A stretch of DNA of 64,000 nt from Anolis carolinensis. Its lineage: Eukaryota. Below the pieces are notes generated by a model, which saw nothing but the letters and a program-made list of their open reading frames with translations, was not told the DNA's origin and ran no database searches. Each line of letters begins with the position of its first letter. The stretch's first letter is position 1. Location: positions 106,689,190-106,753,189 of the forward strand of contig NC_085846.1 in the NCBI RefSeq assembly GCF_035594765.1. Reading direction: 5' to 3'. The translations under genes and the position numbers were made by a program. Below are positions 37,103-49,737 of the stretch, piece by piece.

Positions 37103-40100
37103 TGGTTTAACTCAATGTGTTACATTTTCCTTTTTATCTTGTTTCCTACCCTGAGTTCATTGATGCCAGAAAGAGAGAACATGTGGCCCTACAGATGTTG
37201 AACCATGCTCTCTATCAATCCTCAACACTTGTTTCTGGGCTGGAGCTGTTGCAAGTTGCAGTGAACTCTGATGAGCACAACATTTTTGCACCACCAATTT
37301 CCTTGCAAGCACTTTATGGATTCAGGGCCTCCAAGTGGCAAAATGGCCATCCAAAGATACTGGAGTGTATGCTCCATGTAAGGCAGGACACTTCCAAACA
37401 GGGCTTAAACCATCTCCAAACACTGTGAGTTTGTCACAAAATGGAGCCACTGATTTAAGCCATTTGCTTCTTGAAATTTCTGTTCACAAACAAATGTCAT
37501 TCAGAGACAATGTCATTGAGTTGAATTTTAGATCAAGTCTTGAGATGACTTGCTTCATTTAATAGTACTCATGTTTCTCCACTCACCTGCTATCAGTTGC
37601 CACATACCTGCGTACTAGTACAGCTGAGCCACATTCGAGTTTTGTTCAGTGTCCCACTCATTCTTCTCTCAACTGATGTAGGTCATTTGTCTGGCAGAAG
37701 GCTTTACACATGGCCACTTTCTGTGACTAAATGGTCAAACGGCAGGGAGAGCAAATATCTGGTCTCTTAGAAGATCCATTCCTTAATCAATGAAGCAGTC
37801 TTTCATATTGTGCGCTATCATAATCTGAAATGTGGCTTAGAAGCTCCATCTCTAAATTGTTTGAAGTTTAAATTAACAGTGAAAACTCGTTAAACATTTA
37901 GAATGAGATGAGGAAGAGAAATGACATTTTTGGAAGTCTTTCTGACAGCTAGCCAATATATTGAATTGATGTGTCTGGTAGCAAAGGGCACTCTGGAATT
38001 TAAAGCAAATATACTGAACAGATGTGAGAAGCTTCAAACTATATATTTCAGAAGTACAAAACAGAAGATTCTAGACTACTGGCATTTATTTGATGATAGG
38101 CAGTTGTTATCATTCAAAATTATTTTTACTCTCAAGATTACAGATACACAAAAGAGACACATTTCCATATCTATTACTCGTATCATAAATATTTCTATGC
38201 CCTCCTTATAATTGACTCACATTTCGTTAACTGAACATTTTATATTTAAAAAGTCCTTGAATAACTTGTGGTTGTAAAAGGGTGCATCATTTTGAACCAC
38301 CTAACTCCTTCAATAAGGGATTGTTTCTTCTATTCAATTTGCTTACAAGTATATGTGTAAACTAGTAATATTTAGATACAAATATGGCATCAAAAGAAAT
38401 CTGGACCCGATCATGGATTTTGATATAACATAAATGTAGTATTTCCTGCCTCTGTTAAGTATGAATGGTAAATCTACCACAGAAATATATCTTGTTGTGT
38501 ACAAGGTTAACTATTGGAGTCAGAAACAAAACAATTTTAAACTGTAAATTACACTGTAAAACATTTTTGCATTAAAAACAGTTTGTCTTGATATATACCC
38601 TCACCTATGCCGAGGAGGATTCAAACGGATTAGTGTTACTCAAAGCAGCAATCCATGTTATGCCCATGGGTCAGTACTGCCAGTCCTGTGAAAAATCCCT
38701 GAAAAGTTAGAAACAACTGAGGCCAATGGGCACAAATATGATGCAAGTTCCTGGGGGAAATGCTACCCCCCCCCCCCAATCAAATAGCATGAGAAACACT
38801 GAGATAGATGACAGGTTACCCTACTTGGCGCTTCCAGCTCTGAATATTACCCTCCCATTGATATCTAGATCAGAGGATTCCTCTGCTGCCACTTCTTCTG
38901 TTCCTCAGCCAAATACAAGCAGAAACAAGTTCATTATTATGTGCCTTGAAGTCGTTTTTTACTTAAGGTTAAAGTACAGCTATTGTGGTGTTCTCATGGC
39001 AAAATGTATTCAGAGAGGGGTTTGCCCTCCTGATTTTGTGAAAGTATGACTTTCTGAGATAAGTTTCCATAACTGAGGAAGAATTTGATCCCTTATCCCC
39101 TGTAGTCCATTCAAATCACTGTATCACACTAACTCTAATACGGCGCTTTTAAATATTACCACCAGTATCCAGCACACATAGAGCCATTGCCAAGCTCTGC
39201 CAGCATTTTAAGGTCTCAGTGGTCTACAGATATTCTTTTCCTATCCAGGTTAACAGGGCACATTGGGAACTCTCCTTGGTTCTGGTTGGTCACTTGAACC
39301 CCTTCAAGCCCAAACTAGCATTATGCTTCAACCCAGTAGTTCTCAACCTATGATCCCCAGATGTTTTGGCCTTCAACTCCCAGAAATCCTAACAGCTGGT
39401 AAACGGGCTGGGATATCTGGGAGTTGTAGGCCAGAATACCTGGGGATCCACAGATTGAGAACCATTGTCTTAACCTGTCTTCCCTACAAGGACCACACTG
39501 ACTACTAATACTGTACTTTCTTCTCCTTCTTCATAGGTTGTCTTTGATTTATGTAACCCCTTTATGGGGTATTCTTGACACAATTTATTTAGAGGTTTGC
39601 CAGTGCCTTCTTAGGCTGAGAAAGTATGATTTACCCCATAGCTGGATGGAGATTTGAATCCTGCTCTCCCAGAGCGCTACTTCAGCACTGAAACCACTGG
39701 TTCTTCTCCGTCACAGACTTTGAACTACTGTCACCAAATCTACTTGACTGGACCTGATTGACAGTGTCAGCCAGTGTTGAGTGACTTCAACTACACATCT
39801 TTTTTAACACAACTTTCTTCCCTTGTGAGCTCCAGACCTTAGTAATCAGGACACTAGAGATCTGTCAGTCAATGCAAGTTGTTTGCACCTATTCCTTTCA
39901 CTTTGTAAGACACCACCTTTGATTTTTTTCTATTCTCTTAGTGAATCCCGAAAAATGTAGAAATGTCTTTGTCCTTTCTTTTTCAGATGGTTGTTACTCC
40001 GAAGCCTCTTTTCTTTCCAGGTTCCTTTCTCTCACTGGAGAAGCAATTTGGGATATTCTTTCAAAGAGATATCAAGTCTTCTTTATCACATCCCACCTTT

Positions 40101-40502
40101 ATTCCTGTAGTTCAGTAGAACTGGATATGTCTGCTGCTTCTCACGCAAGATAAAAGAAATCAGCTAAAGATCAAAAGGGCAACAACAATTCTTTAGCATA
40201 CAGAAGTTGCTGGAGAGACCAGTAGGCATGCCTGATCCAAAAGACTTTACAGCAAGCCAGGGAGGACCATAAGATCTGATGTGCTCTTTCATGGCTATAT
40301 TAATTCCTTTCAGGTTTGAGTATAAACCTCTAAAGTATAGAACTGACCTGCAGTTCTATACTTTAGCAAGAGCCTGTTGAAAAGGGGGCTGTATCAGAAA
40401 TTGCTGTAGCTCCAAGTATCCTCCATCTCTAGACCAGAGGCAGAAGATGTCTACTGGTGGCATACCCTTTGGCCTTGCACCAGCTCAACACTTGGATTAG
40501 AG

Positions 40503-40636
40503 CAGTGGTTCTCAACCTGTGGGTCCCAGATGTTTTGACCTCCAACTCCCAGAAATCCTAACAGCTGGTAAACTGGCTGAGATTTCTGGGAGTTGTAGGC
40601 CAAAACACCTGGGGACCCACAGGTTGAGAACCACTG
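40503..40636. mobile_element. Palindromic 134-bp hAT MITE
   Basis: TIR CAGTGGTTCTCAACCTGTGGGTCCC; perfect 8-bp TSD GATTAGAG. Another copy at about 39334-39468; fragments at 14193-14235 and 17280-17310. Confidence 0.93.
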
Positions 40637-43600
40637 GATTAGAGGTTGTGTTGTATGGAGCGTTAGGCCCATAGGCTCACATGACAACGTTCTGGTGAAA
40701 AAATTGAGAGGCAGGTTGAATGCCATCTCACTCCAATCTCTTTGCCCATATATCCACAAAATATGGCTCTCTAGACATTGCTGGATTACAGATCCCATAA
40801 TATCTAGTTAGCATAGCCACTGAGGAGGAAGGCTGAAAGCTGCAGAGATTGCTAGCAGATTATATTTTGCCCACTGGTAATTGCGATGGAAGATTCAAGC
40901 CATGTTTGGTTTACAGAATAAGGATACCATTTTGTCATTTTCCTTGAGCATCAAGATGCCTTCAAAAATCCCAAGCAGCTATAATTGAATGCCACTTCAG
41001 TATGGGAGTCTCTATATGTTGTCACTATAACATTTAATCCTCTTTCCAGCTCTGTCATTCCCATCCAGCTCATGTAATTTGGGGCCAATTCTTTGCTGAG
41101 CTAATGGATGAACTATCCCCCTTATCTGGAGTTGAAAAGTGAGAGATTTAAAGGTCAAAGTGACATTAAGAACAGACATGGAAACATGGTCAGGAGACAA
41201 CACAAAACCCTAAAGAGATGTATTATTTATTTTGCTCAACTGATTTGTTTTTATTCTGAATCCTTAATTCTTTAGGCATTAACTTACAAATGTAGCAATG
41301 GGAGAAAAAGAAAGCTGTGCTTATTGGGAGATTCTGGGAGTTGAAGACCCTCAACTTTCCAAGCTCTGAAAACATAGCTTCAAAGGGGGACATTTAAAAT
41401 AGATTTGTGAAGGGAACATACATAGTAAGCAAAACCTGCAAATCAAAATGAGCCAAGTAATTAATCTAGTAAGAAAAAAGGTGGATTTACATATTTAAGG
41501 TTGCCACTTCCATGCCTTCATGCCTGTCACTTCAGTTGAACTGATCCATCATGCCATCAAATAATGAAAACGATGTGGCTCTCACCATAGCTATTCTTTT
41601 CTAAAAAAGAAGTCACAGGACAGCCACTATTTATGCTGCTGAATGGTCCTCTATTGTACTGTGCTTTTTGCTCTAATGAAGCAGAACAAGCCTTTCTTTT
41701 TCTTTGTAGGAAATGGAAAAAGAAAGGGGGGAAACATACTGGTACTGGCTTTCCAATAAGAAAACTGTTAACCCAGCTCCTGCTCATTTCAAGCACGTTG
41801 AGATAAACAGAAGGTGACCAGAAACTGATTAAATGGAATTAAATGCCCTCTGAGTTTATTATATACATATTCAAATAAATTGTCAAGATAGAAGTAACAG
41901 TTGCCTTTTTCAAGCTTCGCTGAGGAAACCTAAGGGCTGGAAACTCACTGAAAGTCAGATACATTTCTGACTAAAACGAAAAGCAATCCCCCAAAGAAGC
42001 AAAGTATTTCTTGGGTCATATTTAGCTTTCTAGTAGCTAGTTGCTCTTGATAGCAAGCAAGATGATTATCTTGGATTTTCAAGTCAGCTCTCTGTATCCA
42101 TGGATTCAACTATCCACACCTTTAAAATATTTTTTCAAAACATTTTTTTCCAAAAAGCAAACCTTGATTTTACCATTTTTTTACCATTTTATAGAAGACA
42201 TACCATTTTACTACATGATTGTATATAATAGTACTTTGTTATTTATGGAGGGTCTGGAAGCAGGATGTATAGGCTGCTGATCTCATCGATTAAAACAAGA
42301 GGGACAGAAATGGTCCAGCACTATTCTGGGGCAAAGATATCAATTCATGGGGACTGGCTGTGAAACAATGAGAGGCAGAATGTTACTGGATAAAGACCTA
42401 AGGGCTAACATTTATTTATTTATTTGTGGTATTTATATACCGCCCTTCTCAACAGTGTTGGCAACAATTCAGTGCCCTCAATAAAAAAACAGCATAAAAC
42501 ATTAAAGTTGATTCTCCTCTAATAAAACATTGCAAAAGGTCCCTCACTCCATTGGTTCCTTGCACCTAGAAACATACACGCTGGTCCTGCATTGCATAAG
42601 GCCATTTCCATAAGAAAACTATTGGCCTACTTTGAGCATACATATCTTGGCTTAATAAACTGAGAGTCAAATGTATGTCCTTGTGCTGCCCTTTCCTTCC
42701 TCCTATCTCAGCATGTAGCAGTTTATTTTAGCAATCTTCAATTAACTGACATTAGGGAACCCGTGTAGTCTCACAAACAGCATTATCTTGGATTTACAAC
42801 AGGTTCAGGCTGTTCCATGGATTCTGGATCCACATATACAACTATCTACAGCTTTCAATTTATTTATTTTTTTAAAAAAACATTTTTTCACAAAATCAAA
42901 GCTTGATTTTACCATTTCATAGAAGTCATGCCATTCTACTACATTTGTTTGTGAGATTCAAGAAGATCCAAGTCACCACAAAATGCATTGGGGGACCTTG
43001 GATTAAGAAGGGAAGGGGAGCCATATAAACTGAGAAGTATAAATATGGAAATATTTTTTGGATTTTTTTTAAATAAAAAGAGTAGTTATTCAATGTTATC
43101 ATTTTTCTAACCAATCTACAGCGTGCAGAGAAAAACCCTTTATGCCTATTGAAGACCTGGGAGCAATGCATATGACTGCTCTCCTCCCTTATTGTTTCTC
43201 TCCCCAATTGTGGTGACTCCTATTGCTTGTATGTAATGCATCATCTGATTGATTCATCTTGACTAGACACCCCTGTTTTGTTCAGTACTCCAGACCTTTC
43301 ACATTCAGTTGAGTCATGTGAAACCACCTTTGTGGCTCCTGCTCATAGGAAATGATTGCAATAACCAATCCATAGTCATGGAATTGTACAATAGGAAGCC
43401 CTTGTGTATGTTTTATCCTGTGCTCAAAGCTGTTCAGGTAAACTTCTGGATTTGCTTTGCCTAATTAAGTTGGAGGATGTTTTGCCCTCATTTGAAAAAC
43501 AGATGAATGCCTTTTTTTTTTCAAAAATGCAAAAATGACATAGGTGTGTGTGTGTGTGTGTGGTCTACCTGCTATTTAACAAAATAAATAAATAAAAATA

Positions 43601-45000
43601 AAGGTGTTGTCCAGACAGAGCAACAATGTCCAGACAGACACTGCATCATATTATATCAAAGAATTTGGTCTTTGCAAATGGTATGTGGGAAGAAACCAAA
43701 TACTGGCTGTCTGTCTAGTAGGCACTGAAGAAAAGCTGCTTAGCTTTGCCAGGTGATCCATCATGATTCATGACGAACAGCCCCAGGAAGACCTGTAGCT
43801 TAGGATGGAGATAAAATTGGTGCTTTCTAATCATTAGTCTTTCCACCTGGAATCCAGGTTTCTTTTTCAGCTGACTGGAAAAGCTCCTTACCCACTCTCA
43901 TCTCTTTGTGAAGAGAGTAAGAATTTGTGCCAGATTTCTCGATTTGAGGAACACTATGCTCCACAGTCTTCTCTGAACGGCACAGTGTTCTGTACAGTCA
44001 CTGTGTGTATTATAACACATAACACAACCAATGTGTAGAAGAGGAGTGGTGAATTTTTGTGAATTTCAGCTACTAGACACCTCAACTAGCAAGGGATTAT
44101 GGATATTGCAATCCAAAACTGAAAAGTCAAAGGTTCCTTAACCCCGGCACTGGATCTTCTTTAATACACTGTTATACTACTGATTATGCCTCAAATTATC
44201 AACACACTACATCTTGTATGTAATGTATTAAATAGGTATGTTTATGACCCTTTTATCAGTTTGACTATGGTTCTCAAGCGTGACTGATGGGCAAATGCCA
44301 TATCATAATTCTGCATTTAACAAACTATATCCTTTTTCTTTTTTACTGCACCTTATTCTAGATATTGTAAATGTGAATACAGCTGGTCGCACAGCACACA
44401 TGATCTCTATTCTTGAATGGATATTCTTTCCTTGTGTCATTTGCCCTCATAAATGGGGCAAGGCTACATGATTCACTGAAGAATTTTGATATAGAGCTAT
44501 AAAAGGAAATGGCATATTCCAGTTAATCTAAGGAGGCTCGAGATAGTGGTGATTTTGCATTCAGTATGAATACAAGTATGTCTCAGTTAACAAAGCCTCT
44601 GAGAAAGAAGCTGCTTTTTACAAATGCTTTTTTTTTGGAGAGCTGGAAAAACAGACTTTTGATGTTGACTTGCAACAGTGTGCCTGTAGTAAACAATATA
44701 ATAAACAAAGCTTGAGCTGAAAAACGGCAGGCTATGCTCTAGTCAATCTTTCCATAGCTCTCTCTGTGTGTACATACAACAGAAAAGGCAAATAATAGCT
44801 GCTGCCAAAATCCTTTACTAAACAGAAACATGGAGAGAGCAAACAATCACGCCAGATCAATTCCCTGCAATAGATAAAAAAGCAGAAATACATAAGCTTG
44901 ACCAAGAAAATGGAAATCATAAGTGGAGGAAGGAAAAAGTCGACTCTGGATACATTTTGGAAGAAGCCCTCAGGAAGTCTATACAAGGTTTTTGATTGTT

Positions 45001-45260
45001 GGGTTGCTGTGAGCTTTCCGGGCTGTATGGCCATGTTTCAGAAGCATTCTCTCCTGGCATTTCGCCCACATTTATGGCAGGCATCCTCAGAGATTGTGAG
45101 GTGTGTTAGAAACTAGGCACATGGAGTTTATATATCTGTGGAATGTCCAGGGTGGGAGAAATAACCCTTGTCTGTTTGAGGCAAGTATGGATGTTGCAAT
45201 TGGCCACCTTGATTAGTATTGAATGGCTTTGCAGCTTCAAAGCCTATCTGCTTCCTGCCT
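45001..45260 (-). mobile_element. Penelope-like element fragment (hammerhead motif mutated)
   Basis: Collinear with the other Penelope copies; core reads GAAAUGCC instead of GAAACGUC. Confidence 0.85.
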
Positions 45261-47061
45261 TTTTGATTGTTTTCTAATGGAACTTATTTCATATCACATA
45301 TGCATATAGTTTCAATATCAATAAAAAAAGTTTGCTGGAACATGTTGAACTGTTTTTCTTTTTGGTGGTATAGGAATCTATCCCTATTATTAAAGTGTGG
45401 TGGAAACACACTCCATAAATACAATGCATTTAGAGATATTCCAGAACAAAAAAAGATCTTTGACCCAAAATGCCTTGGCTGCTTGCAACTCATGATCCAC
45501 GTTTTGTCTACATTTACACCTCATTCATTCATTCATATGTGTAAGGTTTACAGGGCCAATCATTACCCCTCATGATCACCTGGACTTTTCCCTATTCTAC
45601 AAACTGAAGAATAGGGAAAAACCAGAAAAAAAAATTGAGTTCGTTTTCTGAATGAAAACAAGATGCATGATTGTATTAAAACAAACTACACACTTTGCTT
45701 TAATACAAAAGTGTAGGAACAGCAACTAACTGGTTTTGGGGTGGGGATCACTGGGGAAACATTAGGAGAGGCTAACCTAGGTGAGAATATGAGCTATAGT
45801 TTGTAAATCTCCATGGTATAGTGGAACAATGCTCTGAGGGACACTCTTCAGGAAGGGCAAAACTTGTCTCCATTGACAAAAATCATACAGGAATGGGCCA
45901 TGTACGTCTGTAGGCACATGTCTTTACCCTGTTCTTGGTTCACATTAAGTTCTGAATTTTTTTTTTTGGAAGAAAAATCAAGAGGGCATGTCAAATTTTT
46001 GTACGCATCTGAAATGTACACATTTCCTACATGGATTAATCGCATTTTCAAAAACTATATGTGAAATATATTTAATTCCTTTGAAATGCACTACCAGCCA
46101 TAGAAATGTGTGGCTCTAGAAAAGCAAAACACAGTTTGTTTGTCAGCAAGTGTTATGAGATGCAGAATGAATCCTGTCATTGAGAAGAAATGAAATTATT
46201 TTTCATCTGTACTCATCATTACAATTGACCTGTCACAATCACAAGGCAGTTTACTAATCACATACAAAAAGCCACTCTGAACTTCCTGTTATGCTTGCAG
46301 TTGCATTCAATGGGTTTTTCATTTTAGACCTTTTCTTCCTTTCAACAAAAGACCCAAATGGATTTTAAAACATTCTTTCATTGTGGTTGTGATTTGCTAC
46401 AGGGAACAGGAGACTGCAGTTAATGGAATATGATTGCATAGCTCTGTTATTAAGCAGAATCTGTGACACTGTTTTTTGAACCTCAGCCAAAAACAAGTGT
46501 GGAAACAGTTGTTAAGCATATACAGGACAATCTGGAAGTCTTCAGATCATGCCATGAAATGGCTTGGTCATCCCCATTTCTCCTCCCCAAGATTTTCACC
46601 TGTATTATGAGCTGCGGTGGTGCAATGGGTTAAACTCTTGTGCCAGCTGAACCGCTGACCTGAAGGTCGGTGGTTCGAATCCGTGAGAGGGGATGAGTTC
46701 CCATCTGTCAGCCTCAGCTTCCCATGCAGGGACATGAGAGAAGTCTCCCACAGGATGGTAACACATCCGGGCGACCCCTAGGCAACATCTTTGTAGATGG
46801 CTGATTCTCGAACAGCAGAAGCAATTTGCAGTATGTTCTCAATTCGCTTCTGACATGATAAAAAGAACTTGTATTATAGAAGAAGTATGGAAATACACTT
46901 ATAAGGTTGTTGCATGGGGTTTTCTTGGTAAGATGTATTCGAAGAGACTTGCCTTTTCCTTATTCTAAGGCTGAAAGAGTGTGGCTTGGCCAAGGTCAGC
47001 CAGTGGGTTTTCATGATCAAGTGGGAATTTACATCCTGGTCTCCAGAGTCATCACCATTAT

Positions 47062-47939
47062 TGTCAGACCCCTGGCAGCAGAGCACCAAGAACCATACAC
47101 GGAGGCCAATCTCTATCTAATATCTTTATTAAGGAAATATATAAAAGCAATAAAAACAAGTGAAGAATATAGTTCAGAAGCAGACCTTTCAAATGAGGTC
47201 AAATATAGTCCAAAAATGTATTGTCCAATAAATGATATTAGAGTTCAAAGTTCTTTATCCAATACCGAAACACACACTATTGCCAAGCAATAGTGTGGGG
47301 AAATGTCAGTCTTAAGAGTCCAAGGTAGCTTGACAACAAGGCTGGAACAAGGCTGGATATAACTTGGTTCTTTAACAAGGTCCGTGACTAGGTACAAGGC
47401 AACCAGTGATTCCTGGAACAAGGTCCGTGGTTAAAAGCAAAGCGAGGCAAAATCTTGAATGCTTGATCCGGGAGGCAAGGAACTGGGGTTACGAAGTCCA
47501 CACACGATCTTACTCCTGAAGCTGCTCTGTTGACTCCGCAAAGATTCTCCCGCGTCAAGCACCTGTATTGGGGTCTCATTTTCCCGCCAACAATCTCTTT
47601 CCCTAGAGAACGAGAAGCGAAACCCAACTCTATCCAGATGCAAGACTCCTTAGAATTTCCCAAGGGAAGCAGGCCTAATCAGCCTGTTGTTTGGAAGCAA
47701 TCCGTAAACTCCTGCGATTTTGTTCTCTGACTCCTCTGTCTCTAGAGTAAGATTCCCTTCTGGGGAACGGAGGCGAGGAATGCCCAAGGTCTGTTTTACT
47801 GAATTCTTGGGGACAAACATCAACATCCGGCAGGTGAAAGGACTCCGGCTCTTGTTGAACCGGCGAAAACCCCATGTTTTCGTCTTCATCTGCCACGATG
47901 GCACTAGGAGCAGGACTACAAGGCCCATGAGGCATCACA
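47062..47939 (-). mobile_element. Solo LTR (878 bp), probably Gypsy
   Basis: TGT...ACA termini, perfect 5-bp TSD ATTAT (47057-47061 / 47940-47944), minus-strand AATAAA at 47125-47130. Confidence 0.85.
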
Positions 47940-47944
47940 ATTAT

Positions 47945-48290
47945 AGGCAATCAGTCGTGGCTGAGTACAATTGCTTTCCTGGGGTAGCGTCTTGGCAGTA
48001 GATCCATAAATGACTGTGAAGACCGATTCTGGATTCATATGGTCTTTCACACAGATTGTGAAAGAGAACACATGAGAACATAGCTTTCTAGGTGGAAGGC
48101 AATCACGAAAAGGATTTGTTTGACACATCTTCCTGTGGCACATTTCTCCCTTTCACCCTGTATTTGTGCCTCTCCAAAATCCACAGCACCGCTGATAACA
48201 GATGACCTCCAGTTCCAATGCTCGAGAGCCAAGGTGTTTATGCCACTTTTAAAAGGTTATCTTGAAGCCCATCTTTACATTCCCAAAATA
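47945..48290 (-). mobile_element. RTE LINE 3' fragment
   Basis: Minus strand ALEHWNWRSSVISGAVDFGE... followed by a zinc-knuckle remnant SRIGLHSHL. Confidence 0.7.
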
Positions 48291-48854
48291 ACAGTCCAGT
48301 GCTGAAATCACTATACCATGATGTCTCTTTTCTATAGGTTAGGACTATAGAATCTAAAGAGCTTCAACACCTAATGGTAAGACATTCATACATTTCTTAA
48401 ACTCCTTTATTCACCCTGTTAAGACTTCTTATAAAGCTTTGACAAGAACACTCAGCTTTTTTTCGGTAGAATAAACTGTAACTCAGTCTAAATTTCCTCC
48501 ACTCCAAATCAACTTGAATGGTGGTTGACCACATCCTATTTCCTCCAGTCACATTGCTTCAGTGTCAAAGCAGAAAAAGAAAAGAGGTTTAGACTTCTAG
48601 TTATTAGCAATTGCGTATTGACCTTTGCATGTAAAGATGTCTCAGGAGCAAAGAAACGAAACTATCTTAAATGCTACGTCATCAAGCCACACTTACGAAC
48701 TGGAATACAGCTCATTTCCTGCTATGGTTAACTTTCAAGAGAACTGGCAAAATAACCTTTAAACATAACGCACTTCTCTCTCTGATAACATAAAGTTCCA
48801 TGTTACAAAATGCCTAGTGAAATAACTTATGGACTAGTAATAGTTTTAATAGTA

Positions 48855-49500
48855 CTCATTCAGCGGAAGACATACAAGTCACTTTACACACCTTTGTAGA
48901 AGCATATGAAAAGCTTGGCCTCTCACTGAACATCGAGAAAACCAAAGTGCTCTGCCAGCAGGCACCAATCAATCCCTCTGCAATGCCAGAAATAAAATTT
49001 AATGGTGTCATGTTAGAAAATGTTGACCATTTTTGTTACCTAGGCAGCCACCTCTCCACAAAAGTCAACACTGACCGAAATACAACACCGTCTGAGCTCT
49101 GCAAGTGAAGCATTTTCTCAAATGAAGCAGAGAGTGTTTGAAGATTGGGACATCCATAGGGAGACCAAGATGGTTGCTTATACAGCTATTACCCTCCTAA
49201 CGCCTGCCAAACATGGACCAACTACAAATGTCACTTTTGACTTCTAGAAAGATTCCATCAGTGTTGCCTTTGAAAAATCCTGCAAATTTCTTAGGAAGAT
49301 AGACGGACAAATGTCAGCGTTTTGGAAGAAGTGAAGACCACCAGCATTGAAGTGCTGATCCTCCACCATCAACTTCACTGGACTTAATGCCACATTGTGC
49401 AAATGCCTGACCACCATCTCACAAAGCAATTACTTTACTCTCAGCAAAAGAACAGAAAACAGAATGTCAGTGGAAAGCAAAAGAGATTTAAAGATAGGCT
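48855..49500 (+). mobile_element. RTE LINE fragment (RT C-terminal part)
   Basis: AYEKLGLSLNIEKTKVL...LENVDHFCYLGSHLS..., frameshifted. Confidence 0.85.
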
Positions 49501-49737
49501 TCCTCTTGGCATGTTCCTCCCTTAAGCCCTCCATTTGTGCCTCTTCGAACTCCGCAGCACTGCTGTTCACAGCTGACCTCCAGTTAGAGCACTCAAGGGC
49601 CAGCTTCCCAGTTCTCAGTGTCTATGCCACAGTTTTTAAGGTTGGCTTTAAGCCCATCTTTAAATCTCTTTTCTTGTCCACCAACATTCCGCTTTCCATT
49701 CTTGAGTTGGGAGTAGAGTAGCTGCTTTGGGCGACGG
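49501..49737 (-). mobile_element. RTE LINE fragment in opposite orientation
   Basis: Minus strand PKQLLYSQLKNGKRNVGG...RFKDGLKANLKNCGIDTENW...SNWRSAVNSSAAEFEEA. Confidence 0.85.

Noticed and set aside
37117-37428. 103-aa ORF after a pyrimidine tract, with nearby GT donors
   Set aside because: No recognisable homology, non-ATG start and no partner exons found.
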